Origin: Candidatus Gottesmanbacteria bacterium GW2011_GWA2_43_14
Lineage (GTDB): Bacteria; Patescibacteriota; Microgenomatia; 2-02-FULL-39-11
Assembly: GCA_000999095.1 (NCBI GenBank)
Contig: LCFP01000002.1
Location: forward strand, 69,736 to 133,735
Length of the DNA: 64,000 bases
Direction of reading: 5' to 3'
Both the position numbers and the translations under genes were made by a program. Under the pieces are notes generated by a model. That model was not told the DNA's origin. It ran no database searches and saw only the letters and a program-made list of their open reading frames with translations. This document shows, in pieces, positions 27,936 to 37,922 of this stretch (its first letter is position 1; every line of letters starts with the position of its first letter).

Positions 27936-27957
27936 AGATTGGCGCCTTAATCATTTA

Positions 27958-30603
27958 TCAGGGAGCAGAAGTTACAGTTAATATCTGGCCGACAGTTGGA
28001 GTCGGACTGAGGTAATTCGGGTCGGTATTTATACCGACGGTGATTTCGGCCTCGCCTGTTTTTCCTCCTTCGACATAGACTTTAACTTTTATTTTTCTGA
28101 TTCCGTTATCCATCTGGATGGTTTTGCCGATTGAATTTCCGTCATTTTTTTCCCTGAGATTGCCGTCTACGTAAATTTCCATTCTCTCTATCCGGGCAAC
28201 GGCTCTGCCCTCCGCTTCTATTTCCACGCTGTTTATGTCAATCCTGGCTTTATCAGAAGGCTTTTTAATATTTACCACCACCTGATCCTGGTTTGAAGTT
28301 GATTTTTCTTTGGGATATTTATAGGAAGGATCAGATTGTGTTTCCAGCCATTTATCAATGCCTTCCTGCCAGCGGTTGGGGTCGCTGCCGGCCGGGTCAT
28401 TCTCTTCAAAGACTATAAAATCCTTTTCTTCGTATTGGCCTGTGGCGATCTCGACCAGGTTAGCCAGCTTATTTGAATCATTTTTGGAAATTTTCAATTT
28501 TTGATAGATGGGTGCGCTCTGTGTTGGTTCCGTCCCTTTAATGAAATATTCGCTTCTGGTCGGCCGGCCGTCGCGGGGCAGTCCTCCCCCGTAAGCATCT
28601 ATCACCAGGGAAACGACATTGCCGGGGATTGGGAATGACTGATCTTTATGCTCGGCTGTTATTTCCTTCATTAAGCGGTTCCAAATCGGCGAAGCCCCCG
28701 TTGCTCCGGAAGCCAGACGCGGGTCCATGGGACTGTTATCGTTATTGCCTACCCAGACTCCGGCCACGGCATAGGGTGTATATCCGACTGCCCAGTTGTC
28801 TTTTTTATCGTCGGTCGTACCGGTTTTGACACTGACTGTTTTGCCCGGGATAACGAGGTAGCTTCTTTCCCCGAAGACATCCCGGCGGGCGACATTGTCC
28901 AGAAGGATATGGCTGACCAGAAATGAAACATCCTCGCCCAATACGCGTTTGCCGGACATCTTTTTATGTTCGAATAGTGTTTTATCATTTGTGTCTGAAA
29001 CTTTGAGGATTGAAACAGGCTCATATTTTATGCCTCCTGTGGCAAACACGCCGTAAGCTGAAGTAAGTTCCAGCAGTCTGACTTCACCGCCGCCCAATGT
29101 AATTGACAAACCTAAACGGTTTTCATTGTCCCGGGTCGGCTCAAGAGTGGTCAAACCCATATTATAAGCCGTTTCCAGGATTTCCCGGATGCCTACCAGG
29201 GCTGTCAGTTTCACGGCCGGCACATTGATGGAATTGCCCAGGGCAAAACGTAACTGGACCGGGCCGCGGAACTTGCCGTCGTAATTTTTGGGGATGTAGT
29301 CCGGTTTATCGGTGCCTCCGGGAAATTTGGTCTCGACATCCATGATCAGTGATGCCGGAGTATAGTTTTTACTGAAGGAAACTGCATAAGTAATCGGTTT
29401 GAGAGCGCTGCCCGGCTGTCTTAAACCGAGGCTGACCACATCATATTTGCCCTGGAATTTCTCATCATCGGAATCGTATTGTTTGCTGCCGACATAGGCT
29501 AAAATTTCACCGCTGGCAGGATCAATAACCACAGCCGCGCCGTTGCCGACTTTCAAATTCTTGACCTTCTCCACCTCCTCAAAAACAATATCTTCAGCTT
29601 TTTTCTGCAAATCCAAATCCAGCGTAGTTACTACTTTCAGTCCGCCCTGTTCAACTTTTTTCTCGCCGAATTTGGCTATCAGCTGTTTTTTGACGTATTC
29701 CACGAAATGTGGAGCCCGGAAAGACAGGTCTCCCTGTTTAAACTTATAATCATTTAGCGATTTTTTGTAATCATTTTCCTGCTTGGTGGTAATGTAATTG
29801 TCTTCCCTCATCCTCCGCAGGACTTCTTCGCTTCGTTCCTTATAGGCATCTTTGGAGCCGTTAAAAGGCGAATAGAAACTCGGTCTTTGGGGAAGACCGG
29901 CCAAAATAACCGACTCGAGTAAATCGAGTTCCTTGGTCGTTTTGCCGAAATATCCCTGGGCGGCTGATTCAATACCCCACATGGTGCCGCCGTAGGGCGC
30001 TTCATTTAAATACATCTGTAAAATCTCATCTTTCGAGTATTTACGTTCGATTTCAACAGCCAGGATAAACTCCTTGAATTTTCGCGGCAGTGTTCTTTCC
30101 GAAGTTAAAAGAACATTTTTTACCAATTGTTGCGTCAGGGTTGAACCACCCTGCAAGCCTTTAAGGGTCAGAATATTAATGACAGCGCGCAACATCCCAC
30201 GGGTGGAAAATCCCTGATGCTTGTAAAAATCCTTGTCTTCTATGGCTATGGTGGCTTTTTTCAGGTGGTCGGGAATTTGATCAAATTTAACGGGAATGGT
30301 ATTGCGGTCAGTATAGATGTCATAAACCGTTTTGCCGTTCCGGTCGAGTATGACAGTGGAAAATCCTTCCCGGCGCTGGATTTTTTCCGGGGAAGGCAAA
30401 TCCCGGGAATAAACGGCAAATAGAAGCAGCAAAAAAACTACCGTCCCTCCGACAATATACCAAAGGTAAGCCAGGATAAAATTCAAAAGGCGGACTCTGA
30501 GAAGACGCAGCTTATAACTGAACCGGGATTGCTGCCGCCGTGAAGCTTGCGGCAGTCTGATGCGGCGAAAACGCCTGTTATAAGCATAACTCATCTTGTG
30601 CAC
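27958..30603 (-). CDS. Class A penicillin-binding protein (PBP1A family) with C-terminal Ig-like domain
   Basis: EDKDFY, GGSTLTQQ, RKFKE, GSALK, SIN, KTG. Confidence 0.95.
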   Translation of the reverse strand: MHKMSYAYNRRFRRIRLPQASRRQQSRFSYKLRLLRVRLLNFILAYLWYIVGGTVVFLLLLFAVYSRDLPSPEKIQRREGFSTVILDRNGKTVYDIYTDRNTIPVKFDQIPDHLKKATIAIEDKDFYKHQGFSTRGMLRAVINILTLKGLQGGSTLTQQLVKNVLLTSERTLPRKFKEFILAVEIERKYSKDEILQMYLNEAPYGGTMWGIESAAQGYFGKTTKELDLLESVILAGLPQRPSFYSPFNGSKDAYKERSEEVLRRMREDNYITTKQENDYKKSLNDYKFKQGDLSFRAPHFVEYVKKQLIAKFGEKKVEQGGLKVVTTLDLDLQKKAEDIVFEEVEKVKNLKVGNGAAVVIDPASGEILAYVGSKQYDSDDEKFQGKYDVVSLGLRQPGSALKPITYAVSFSKNYTPASLIMDVETKFPGGTDKPDYIPKNYDGKFRGPVQLRFALGNSINVPAVKLTALVGIREILETAYNMGLTTLEPTRDNENRLGLSITLGGGEVRLLELTSAYGVFATGGIKYEPVSILKVSDTNDKTLFEHKKMSGKRVLGEDVSFLVSHILLDNVARRDVFGERSYLVIPGKTVSVKTGTTDDKKDNWAVGYTPYAVAGVWVGNNDNSPMDPRLASGATGASPIWNRLMKEITAEHKDQSFPIPGNVVSLVIDAYGGGLPRDGRPTRSEYFIKGTEPTQSAPIYQKLKISKNDSNKLANLVEIATGQYEEKDFIVFEENDPAGSDPNRWQEGIDKWLETQSDPSYKYPKEKSTSNQDQVVVNIKKPSDKARIDINSVEIEAEGRAVARIERMEIYVDGNLREKNDGNSIGKTIQMDNGIRKIKVKVYVEGGKTGEAEITVGINTDPNYLSPTPTVGQILTVTSAP

Positions 30604-30660
30604 ATCGAGTGTAGCAGAAAGTATTTAAGTTTGGCAACTGAAGCTGATATAATTCGGAGT

Positions 30661-31854
30661 ATGGATGCCATCGAAGAAACGCTTAGTAGGGCTGTTGATA
30701 AAATTTATCCCTCCAGGGAAGCTTTGGTAAAGGTTTTACGGTCAGGTAAAAAAATAAAACTTTACCAGGGTTTTGACCCTTCCGGCATCCAATTGCACAT
30801 CGGTCACCTGACAGGTCTTATGAAACTGAGGCAGTTCCAAAAACTGGGTCATCAGGTCATTTTCCTGGTTGGAGACGGCACAGGGCAGGCCGGCGACCCT
30901 TCCGGTAAGTCCAGGACCAGGGATAAATTTTTAAACCGGGAGGAACTTCGGGAAAACGCCCGGGATTATGTCTTGCAGGCATCCAAAATAATAGATTTTG
31001 AAGGAGAGAACAAGGCCGAAATTCTGTATAACGGAGACTGGCTGAACAGGCTCTCATTGCCGGAGCTTCTTGAGATTGCCGGCCATTTTACCCTGCAGCA
31101 GCTGGAAGAAAGGGACATGTATATCGAACGGAAAAACCAGGGCATCCCCATCAATTTCCGGGAGTTTTTATATCCCTTACTGCAGGGTTATGATTCTGTG
31201 GCCATGGAAGTTGACCTGGAAATCGGAGGCACAGACCAGACGTTCAACATGCTTTGCGGCCGTCAGTTGGTCAAAGATTATTTAAAGAAGGAAAAATTCG
31301 TCCTGACAACTCCCTTATTAACCGATGCTTCAGGCAAAAAAATCGGCAAAACGGAAGGCAATGTCATCGCCTTGACCAGTATACCGGAAGACCTTTACGG
31401 ATTAATCATGAATCTACCGGACACAGCCATCATCAACAGTTTTTATTACATCACCGATCTACCACTTAAAGAGGTAAAGCAAATGGAAGACTCTCTTGAT
31501 GCGGGTGACAATCCGATGAAATATAAAAAACAGCTCGCCTTCCGTTTAACCCGCATGCTCAATTCCGAAAAAGAAGCTCTGGCTGCCCAGGCCTACTTTG
31601 AAGCTGTGTTTCAAAAACGGTCGGAATCAGCCGATATACCGGAATTTAAAATTGACCGGGATAATATTCCCCTGACCGAACTCCTGCTTACACTGAATAT
31701 GGTAAAATCAAAAGGTGAGGCCAAACGGTTAATACGGGAAGGGGCGGTGGACGTTGACCGGACAAGAATAAAAGATGAAAAATATTCCGTCGCCGTTACC
31801 GACGGCAGGGTTATAAGGACCGGCAAACACAAATTTGTCAGACTCAGGAAATAA
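30661..31854 (+). CDS. tyrS: Tyrosine--tRNA ligase
   Basis: GFDPS..HIGH, YPLLQGYD, GGTDQ, KIGKT, C-terminal S4 domain; ATG follows TATAAT. Confidence 0.96.
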   Translation: MDAIEETLSRAVDKIYPSREALVKVLRSGKKIKLYQGFDPSGIQLHIGHLTGLMKLRQFQKLGHQVIFLVGDGTGQAGDPSGKSRTRDKFLNREELRENARDYVLQASKIIDFEGENKAEILYNGDWLNRLSLPELLEIAGHFTLQQLEERDMYIERKNQGIPINFREFLYPLLQGYDSVAMEVDLEIGGTDQTFNMLCGRQLVKDYLKKEKFVLTTPLLTDASGKKIGKTEGNVIALTSIPEDLYGLIMNLPDTAIINSFYYITDLPLKEVKQMEDSLDAGDNPMKYKKQLAFRLTRMLNSEKEALAAQAYFEAVFQKRSESADIPEFKIDRDNIPLTELLLTLNMVKSKGEAKRLIREGAVDVDRTRIKDEKYSVAVTDGRVIRTGKHKFVRLRK

Positions 31855-31857
31855 ACT

Positions 31858-31962
31858 ATGAATTTTTTCAGAAAACACAGAAAATTTTGGACTGTCATTA
31901 TCATTATCTCAACCGTAGCCCTGGTAGTCACCTCACTTGCTCCGGTATTGTTCCTGCCTTGA
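31858..31962 (+). CDS. Small single-TM protein (34 aa, DUF4044-like) MNFFRKHRKFWTVIIIISTVALVVTSLAPVLFLP
   Basis: Hand translation; fills the tyrS-recG gap; basic N-terminus plus hydrophobic helix. Confidence 0.65.
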   Translation: MNFFRKHRKFWTVIIIISTVALVVTSLAPVLFLP

Positions 31963-31971
31963 CCGCTCTTT

Positions 31972-34014
31972 ATGTTCGAACTTAGCTCGAAAGTCGATAC
32001 GCTGGCGATGATCGGTCCGGTTTACCGGAAACTGCTGGAGAAACTGGGGATCAATACAATCGGCGATCTTCTCTACCATGTTCCTTTCCGTTATGAAAAC
32101 TATTCCCTGGTATCCAAAATAAATCAACTGCAACCTGGTGAAACCGTTTCTGTCCACGGCCGGATTACCGATTTTAAAAATATTTATACCCGGACCGGCA
32201 AAAAACTCCAGAAAGCCAAACTTTCGGATGAAACAGGAGAAATCAGCCTTATCTGGTTTAATCAGACATTTTTGTCTTCAATACTAATACCGGGCACTGA
32301 GCTGACGGTAGCCGGAGAGGTTAAATTTTATGAGAGGAGATTGGCTTTTATTGTGCCGCAGTATGAAATCTATACCAACAACAGCCTCCATATTCACACA
32401 GCCGGTCTAATTCCCGTTTACCCGGAAACAAAAGGCCTGACTTCCAAATGGTTAAGAGCCAAAATCGCCGTAATCCTGAAGAGGCTGAATCCGGAAATAA
32501 GGGAATTTTTGCCCCCCACACTTCTCGAGGCATATAATTTGCCGGTCCTGAAAGAGGCACTCGGCAATATCCACTTTCCCAAAGATTATAAACAGGCAGA
32601 ATCCGCCCGCCGGAGAATGGCTTTTGAAGAACTCTTAATCATCCAGTTGGCCGCCGCCTTCAGAAAAAAAGCCCTGGACAGGCAAAGTAACGCTAAAATG
32701 ATCACTGTTGATGAAAAGTCTCTGGCTGCCTTTATAAAGTCTTTGCCGTTTCAACTGACACGGGCTCAGGAAAGAGCCCTCTCGGAAATTCTTGGGGACA
32801 TTAAAAGAGATAAGCCCATGCTCCGACTGTTGTCCGGCGATGTCGGCAGCGGCAAAACCATCGTGGCTGTTTTAGCCGTTTTTGCCACCTGTCTGGCCGG
32901 CTATAAATCAATACTTCTGGCCCCTACGGAAATTCTGGCAAGCCAGCACTACCGGACAATTTCCAAACTGCTTGATCCCTGGGGAATCAAAATAGCTTAT
33001 ATCACTTCCCGGGAAAAAACAGCACGTCCCGAGGACTATCCTGTCACAGTGGGTACCCATGCACTTTTATATAATTATTCTCCCGGAAACGACCTGGGTC
33101 TTTTGATTATTGATGAACAGCATCGCTTCGGTGTGGAGCAAAGGGCAGTATTGAGCCTGAAAAATAAACAGCCTCATGTACTGTCCATGACCGCCACTCC
33201 CATCCCCAGAACTATCGGTATGACTCTTTTTGCCGATCTGGATTTGTCCCTGATCGATGAAATGCCCCGCAACCGGCTGGCGGTGAAAACCTATATCGTA
33301 AAGACTGAAAAAAGAGAAGCGGCGTACGGCTGGATTAAAGAGAAAATTCTGAAGAGCAGGCATAACAGTCCGGAACAGGTTTTTATCATCTGCCCGTTTA
33401 TTGAAGCCTCAGAAACACTGGCCACTGTTAAAAGCGCCAATGAAGAATATGACCGCCTTGGAAAAGATGTTTTACCCGGTCTCAACCTGGGCCTTTTGCA
33501 CGGACGGCTGAAACCTGCGGAAAAATCAGCTGTTTTGGCTAAATTTCAAAATAAGGAAATTGACATTTTGGTGGCTACTCCGATCGTCGAAGTCGGCATT
33601 GATTTTCCTTCGGCTACCGTGATTTTAATTGAAGCTGCCGACCGATTCGGCCTGGCACAGCTCCATCAGCTTCGGGGCCGTGTCGGCCGGGGCAATCTTC
33701 AATCATACTGCCTGCTGTTTACCGAAAGCCGTGAAGCAAAAGTTTTGGACCGTCTCAATACACTGACCAGATTCAGGCAGGGACATGAATTGGCTGAATA
33801 TGATTTAAAAATGCGGGGTCCCGGGGAATTTTTCGGCACCCGCCAGCATGGCGGACTGGGACTAAAATTTGCCGATTTTTCCGATCTTTCTTTAATCAAA
33901 AAAACCCGCTCTGAAGCGGTAAAGCTGCTTAAACAAGATCCCGAATTAAAGTCGTCCAGCCTCTTGCGTGATAAAGTTCTAGCATATACAATTATAAAAG
34001 ATACGATTGATTGA
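31972..34014 (+). CDS. recG: ATP-dependent DNA helicase RecG
   Basis: GDVGSGKT, DEQHRFGV, MTATPIPR, QLRGRVGR, RGPGE. Confidence 0.97.
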   Translation: MFELSSKVDTLAMIGPVYRKLLEKLGINTIGDLLYHVPFRYENYSLVSKINQLQPGETVSVHGRITDFKNIYTRTGKKLQKAKLSDETGEISLIWFNQTFLSSILIPGTELTVAGEVKFYERRLAFIVPQYEIYTNNSLHIHTAGLIPVYPETKGLTSKWLRAKIAVILKRLNPEIREFLPPTLLEAYNLPVLKEALGNIHFPKDYKQAESARRRMAFEELLIIQLAAAFRKKALDRQSNAKMITVDEKSLAAFIKSLPFQLTRAQERALSEILGDIKRDKPMLRLLSGDVGSGKTIVAVLAVFATCLAGYKSILLAPTEILASQHYRTISKLLDPWGIKIAYITSREKTARPEDYPVTVGTHALLYNYSPGNDLGLLIIDEQHRFGVEQRAVLSLKNKQPHVLSMTATPIPRTIGMTLFADLDLSLIDEMPRNRLAVKTYIVKTEKREAAYGWIKEKILKSRHNSPEQVFIICPFIEASETLATVKSANEEYDRLGKDVLPGLNLGLLHGRLKPAEKSAVLAKFQNKEIDILVATPIVEVGIDFPSATVILIEAADRFGLAQLHQLRGRVGRGNLQSYCLLFTESREAKVLDRLNTLTRFRQGHELAEYDLKMRGPGEFFGTRQHGGLGLKFADFSDLSLIKKTRSEAVKLLKQDPELKSSSLLRDKVLAYTIIKDTID

Positions 34015-34017
34015 ACT

Positions 34018-34176
34018 ATGACACCGTTACCTAAAAGAAGACATTCATCCAGGCGTCAGGGAAAAAGGGAAAAAGCCAACCTGAAATCACGGCTTTTGCT
34101 TACTATTAAATGTCCCAAGTGCGGTCAGGCACGGCTTCCGCATCGCGCATGTCCCAAGTGCGGTTTTTATAAATGA
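34018..34176 (+). CDS. rpmF: 50S ribosomal protein L32 (Zn-ribbon type)
   Basis: Hand translation [34 protein letters not shown]. Confidence 0.93.
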   Translation: MTPLPKRRHSSRRQGKREKANLKSRLLLTIKCPKCGQARLPHRACPKCGFYK

Positions 34177-34541
34177 AGAAAACGGACGACCCCAGGCACC
34201 GTAAACGGATTTCAATCATGCAGTCACTTTTCTCAAACAGTTTTGATGAACATACAGTTCCTGCTTCAGATTTGCCGGAATTGATATCAATCAGACAAAA
34301 TCTGAAAGCTATAGATTTACTCATTGAAGAGGCAGCCCCGCAATTTCCAATAGCCAAAATCGCCAGACTCGACGCTGCCATCCTGCGGTTGGCAGTTTAT
34401 GAAATGAAAGTGGTAAAACAAGTACCGCCAAAAGTCATCATTGATGAGGCAATTGAATTGGCCAAAGAATTCGGCTCTGATACCAGCCCGGGTTTTATTA
34501 ACGGTGCTCTGGGTACCATCTATAAAAAAATCTATGGATAA
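34173..34541 (+). CDS. nusB: Transcription antitermination factor NusB
   Basis: [32 protein letters not shown]. Confidence 0.93.
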   Translation: MKKTDDPRHRKRISIMQSLFSNSFDEHTVPASDLPELISIRQNLKAIDLLIEEAAPQFPIAKIARLDAAILRLAVYEMKVVKQVPPKVIIDEAIELAKEFGSDTSPGFINGALGTIYKKIYG

Positions 34542-34773
34542 TTATAAAGCCGTTAAAAAAATACTCAGCGATAAATTCGGTGTCTCTGATGAAAATATTA
34601 CTCCTGAGGCTGACTTAACAGGCGATCTCAACCTGGCCAACCTTGAAATTAACGATCTGATGGCGCTAATCGCCAGGGAATTTAAATTGACTTTCAGCGA
34701 TACTGACACCATTTCCCCTCAAACAGTCAATGATCTTCTGGATATAATCGAAGAATTCGGAGAAGGAATTTAA
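34534..34773 (+). CDS. acpP: Acyl carrier protein-like (lacks the DSL serine)
   Basis: VKKILSDKFGV..ITPEADL..DLNLANLE..TVNDL; nusB-acpP-rnc context. Confidence 0.7.
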   Translation: MDNYKAVKKILSDKFGVSDENITPEADLTGDLNLANLEINDLMALIAREFKLTFSDTDTISPQTVNDLLDIIEEFGEGI

Positions 34774-35477
34774 TGCAGGTATATCAAAAACTATCCGAGG
34801 TTATCGGCCTTCAATTCAAAGATCTCAGCTTAATCAACCTGGCCTTTATCCACCGCTCATATCTTAACGAAGCCAAGGATAAAATTCCGTCCAACGAACG
34901 ACTTGAATTTTTAGGTGACAGCATTTTATCGTTTTTAACTTCTGAATATCTGTACCGCAATTATCCGAAACTGCCCGAAGGAGATTTGACTAACCTCAGG
35001 TCAAGCGTCGTTAAAACATCGACTTTAGCCAAGTTGGCAAAACAGCTTGATTTGGGTCTGTATCTGAAATTATCCCATGGCGAGGAAGAAGGCGGCGGCA
35101 GGCAAAATACTTCGATCCTCGCTGATACGTTTGAGGCATTTTTAGGTGCAGTCTACCTGGACGGCGGACTGGAACCTGTAATTACCATTTTGGAAAAATC
35201 CCTTTTTCCCCTGATTCCGGTCATTTATAAAGACAAGTCGTATAAAGATGCCAAGAGTTCCTTTCAGGAATTGGTACAGGAACAGATTAAAATGTCTCCG
35301 GTTTACAGGGTCCTGGAAGAGAAAGGTCCCGATCACGCCAAAGAGTTTACCGTGGGGGTTTTTGTCGGTGAGACTAAATGGGGGAGCGGATTGGGTAAAA
35401 ACAAACAGGAGGCGGAACAAAAAGCAGCCACCGATGCTCTTGTGAAGTGGAAGAAAAAACCGTATAATACAGGCTAA
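34773..35477 (+). CDS. rnc: Ribonuclease III
   Basis: NERLEFLGDS, dsRBD GPDHAK. Confidence 0.97.
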   Translation: MQVYQKLSEVIGLQFKDLSLINLAFIHRSYLNEAKDKIPSNERLEFLGDSILSFLTSEYLYRNYPKLPEGDLTNLRSSVVKTSTLAKLAKQLDLGLYLKLSHGEEEGGGRQNTSILADTFEAFLGAVYLDGGLEPVITILEKSLFPLIPVIYKDKSYKDAKSSFQELVQEQIKMSPVYRVLEEKGPDHAKEFTVGVFVGETKWGSGLGKNKQEAEQKAATDALVKWKKKPYNTG

Positions 35478-35488
35478 AGATAAAATTT

Positions 35489-35719
35489 ATGTCAGCAAAA
35501 ATTAAACTGCATCGTCTGGGTAGAAAAAAAAGGGAATTTTTCCGTATCGTAGTTGCTGATGAAGCAACTGCTGTAGGCGGTAAAGTTGTGGCTAACTTGG
35601 GCTATTATGACCCTCTGACTAAACCTCCGAAAATCGAAATCAACAAAGAAGAATTGAAAAAATGGCTCTCCCACGGTGTTCAACCGACAGATGCCGTCAG
35701 AAAACTTCTTAAAATATGA
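35489..35719 (+). CDS. rpsP: 30S ribosomal protein S16
   Basis: RLGRKK..FRIVVAD, LGYYDP, GVQPT. Confidence 0.95.
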   Translation: MSAKIKLHRLGRKKREFFRIVVADEATAVGGKVVANLGYYDPLTKPPKIEINKEELKKWLSHGVQPTDAVRKLLKI

Positions 35720-35946
35720 AAGATTTTCTGCATTATCTCTTAAATCAGATAGTGAACCACCCTGAAGACCTCGAGATCGAGGAAGAGCAAATCAATGAAT
35801 TGAGTTTCCAGTATACTTTAAAAGCAGAAGCTTCGGACGTCGGCAAAATTATCGGCCGTGACGGTAAAATCATTCAGGCAATCAGAAATGCGGCAAAAAT
35901 ATTGGCTGTTAAAGAAGGCATTCACGTCCGCATCCAAATAGCTTAA
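35716..35946 (+). CDS. khpA: KH domain RNA-binding protein
   Basis: DVGKIIGRDGKIIQAIR; rpsP-khpA-trmD synteny. Confidence 0.88.
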   Translation: MKDFLHYLLNQIVNHPEDLEIEEEQINELSFQYTLKAEASDVGKIIGRDGKIIQAIRNAAKILAVKEGIHVRIQIA

Positions 35947-35948
35947 AC

Positions 35949-36605
35949 GTGCTGATTACCATCTTAACCCTTTTTCCCGAAATTCTAAAACCGTATTTAT
36001 CCTCCTCAATTATCGGCAAAGCGCAAAAAAAAGAACAGGTTGCAGTTAAACTTGTCAATATCAGAGATTATGCAAAAGACAGCCATAAAACAGTTGATAA
36101 CCGTCCTTACGGCGGGGGAGCAGGGATGCTTTTGCGGGTAGATATCGTCCATAAAGCCATCATAGATAACAGGTTGAGCCAGTCTGGCGGTAAAGCGTCC
36201 CCGAATGAAAAGATCATCTTGACCGATCCGGCCGGGAAAATTTATAACCAGGCTAAAGCTAGGCGTTTCAGCCGGCTGGACCACCTGATGATTGTGGCCG
36301 GACACTATGAAGGCATAGATGAACGCATAAAGAGCTTTACTGATGAAACCGTCTCAATCGGCCGTTTCATACTGACAGGGGGAGAATTGCCCTCTTTGGC
36401 CATTGCCGACAGCGTAATCCGATTGATACCGGGAGTACTGAAAAAAGCGGAAGCAGTCAGGGATGAATCCTATTCAAAAAAAGGTTTGACAGAATCACCC
36501 CAGTTTACCCGGCCTCGTGAATATCTGGGATTAAAAGTCCCTGAAGTCTTAACCCGAGGCAACCACTCGGAATTAGACGACTGGAAAAAAAGCCACCGTA
36601 AATAA
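35949..36605 (+). CDS. trmD: tRNA (guanine-N1)-methyltransferase
   Basis: TLFPE, RPYGGGAGM, HYEGIDER, TGGEL. Confidence 0.96.
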   Translation: MLITILTLFPEILKPYLSSSIIGKAQKKEQVAVKLVNIRDYAKDSHKTVDNRPYGGGAGMLLRVDIVHKAIIDNRLSQSGGKASPNEKIILTDPAGKIYNQAKARRFSRLDHLMIVAGHYEGIDERIKSFTDETVSIGRFILTGGELPSLAIADSVIRLIPGVLKKAEAVRDESYSKKGLTESPQFTRPREYLGLKVPEVLTRGNHSELDDWKKSHRK

Positions 36606-36624
36606 AGAAATATTAAACACTATT

Positions 36625-37359
36625 TCAAAAGAATAAATTATCATTGCCTACAGGAACCTGTGACGGAAATTCCGGCGGTTGACGATCCAAAACCATATTT
36701 TGCGAGACTCTTTCAATAATTTGCCGGTATTCGTGTTTGATTTGCGGCAGGGGCGAATCAATTTTGCCTATGGTCTTTGGCAGCGGATTAAAATAGGCAT
36801 TACCGTCAATACTGGAGCGGACCGAACCGTCATCAAGCATGGTCAGCTGTAAGTGGTTAACAGTTATCATTCTCCCCGATAAATTAGTTAAGGATCTCAA
36901 AAAAATTTCTATTTGCCCGATATCTCCGGTCACTTCAAGGTTAATCGGTAAAAGAAATGAAGGCTCCCCGACCGGTTTTTTTAAAAGTGCCGATGAAGTA
37001 GATACTACCCCAAGCTGAAAATCGCTTCTGGTAACAAAGACTCCGGTTGACTGCTGTAATTGGTCAAGTGTAGAAAATAAAAGGACATAGTCTTTTGAGG
37101 CGGGAACAATCATATTTAACCTGGCGAAATCTTCCGCCAGGACGTCCCTGTTTTGCAAAGTCAACAATGCTTCTTTTTTTTTCAGCTGCACTAATTTAGT
37201 TGTCAGTTCTTTCCGCTCAGTAAAAATAGTCGTAATCCGCAGGAAATTCGGCAGAAGAAGTTTGACAGTCAATATCAGTATAAACAAAACTACCACAAAA
37301 GAGGAAAGGACTGATTCGTATTTAAGGATAAAAGATTTAATTTTCAGACGGTTTTTCAT
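36625..37359 (-). CDS. PilO-like type IV pilus assembly protein
   Basis: TM, coiled coil, then compact C-terminal domain; follows pilM-pilN. Confidence 0.65.
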   Translation of the reverse strand: MKNRLKIKSFILKYESVLSSFVVVLFILILTVKLLLPNFLRITTIFTERKELTTKLVQLKKKEALLTLQNRDVLAEDFARLNMIVPASKDYVLLFSTLDQLQQSTGVFVTRSDFQLGVVSTSSALLKKPVGEPSFLLPINLEVTGDIGQIEIFLRSLTNLSGRMITVNHLQLTMLDDGSVRSSIDGNAYFNPLPKTIGKIDSPLPQIKHEYRQIIERVSQNMVLDRQPPEFPSQVPVGNDNLFF

Positions 37360-37922
37360 GAAGTAGCTGCCGGACTTTTCCTATATTTCAGGGAAATGGT
37401 CATGGTGTAACTGCCGTCCTTGTCACGCAAAATCCCCTGAGCTTTTATATCTGAAAACACGGCATCTATCTGCTTGTTTAAAAGCTCGCCTACAAAAACT
37501 TCCAGAGCCGTCAGGGAATAGGCTGTCAGGGAAAATGACATCTGTCCGTTGCGGTCGACAGTCAGTGTTTTTATATCAATCTCATCTGAATCTATCCCAT
37601 AGACTTCCGGTAAAGTATCGGCAACGGTACTGAAATTTTTAGCTAAAATTTTGTTGATCACATCAAGTATATTGAAAGTTGCCAGATATAAGCCTTCAGT
37701 CGCCTGGTAAGACGTTATTTTCTTTTCGCTGGAGGTTACTTCGGCTTTTAATTTGTTGTATTCGCTGGTATTCAACTTGAGATAAATCAGGGAAATGGAA
37801 TATAACAGGACAAACAATATAAGGCAGACAGCCGCGGTTACGGGGGCAAATTTTTTCAGCCTTTTCAATACAGGCAAGTCATCATCTTTCTCGATTATCA
37901 GATTGATTGTTTTCTTGCTCAT
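37356..37922 (-). CDS. PilN-like protein
   Basis: INL motif, TM, coiled coil; downstream of pilM. Confidence 0.65.
   Translation of the reverse strand: MSKKTINLIIEKDDDLPVLKRLKKFAPVTAAVCLILFVLLYSISLIYLKLNTSEYNKLKAEVTSSEKKITSYQATEGLYLATFNILDVINKILAKNFSTVADTLPEVYGIDSDEIDIKTLTVDRNGQMSFSLTAYSLTALEVFVGELLNKQIDAVFSDIKAQGILRDKDGSYTMTISLKYRKSPAATS

Noticed and set aside
30547-30660. Extended N-termini in the ORF track (tyrS; likewise aroB 10235, acpP 34441, PqqD 49248, asnB 53308, GT2 58390)
   Set aside because: They overlap neighbouring genes, and homology begins at downstream ATGs.
34111-34164. Direct repeat TGTCCCAAGTGCGGT
   Set aside because: It encodes the two CPKCG zinc knuckles of L32.
36178-36188. 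Palindrome GCCAGTCTGGC within a variable loop of trmD
   Set aside because: It is too short and single-copy here to call a repeat element.
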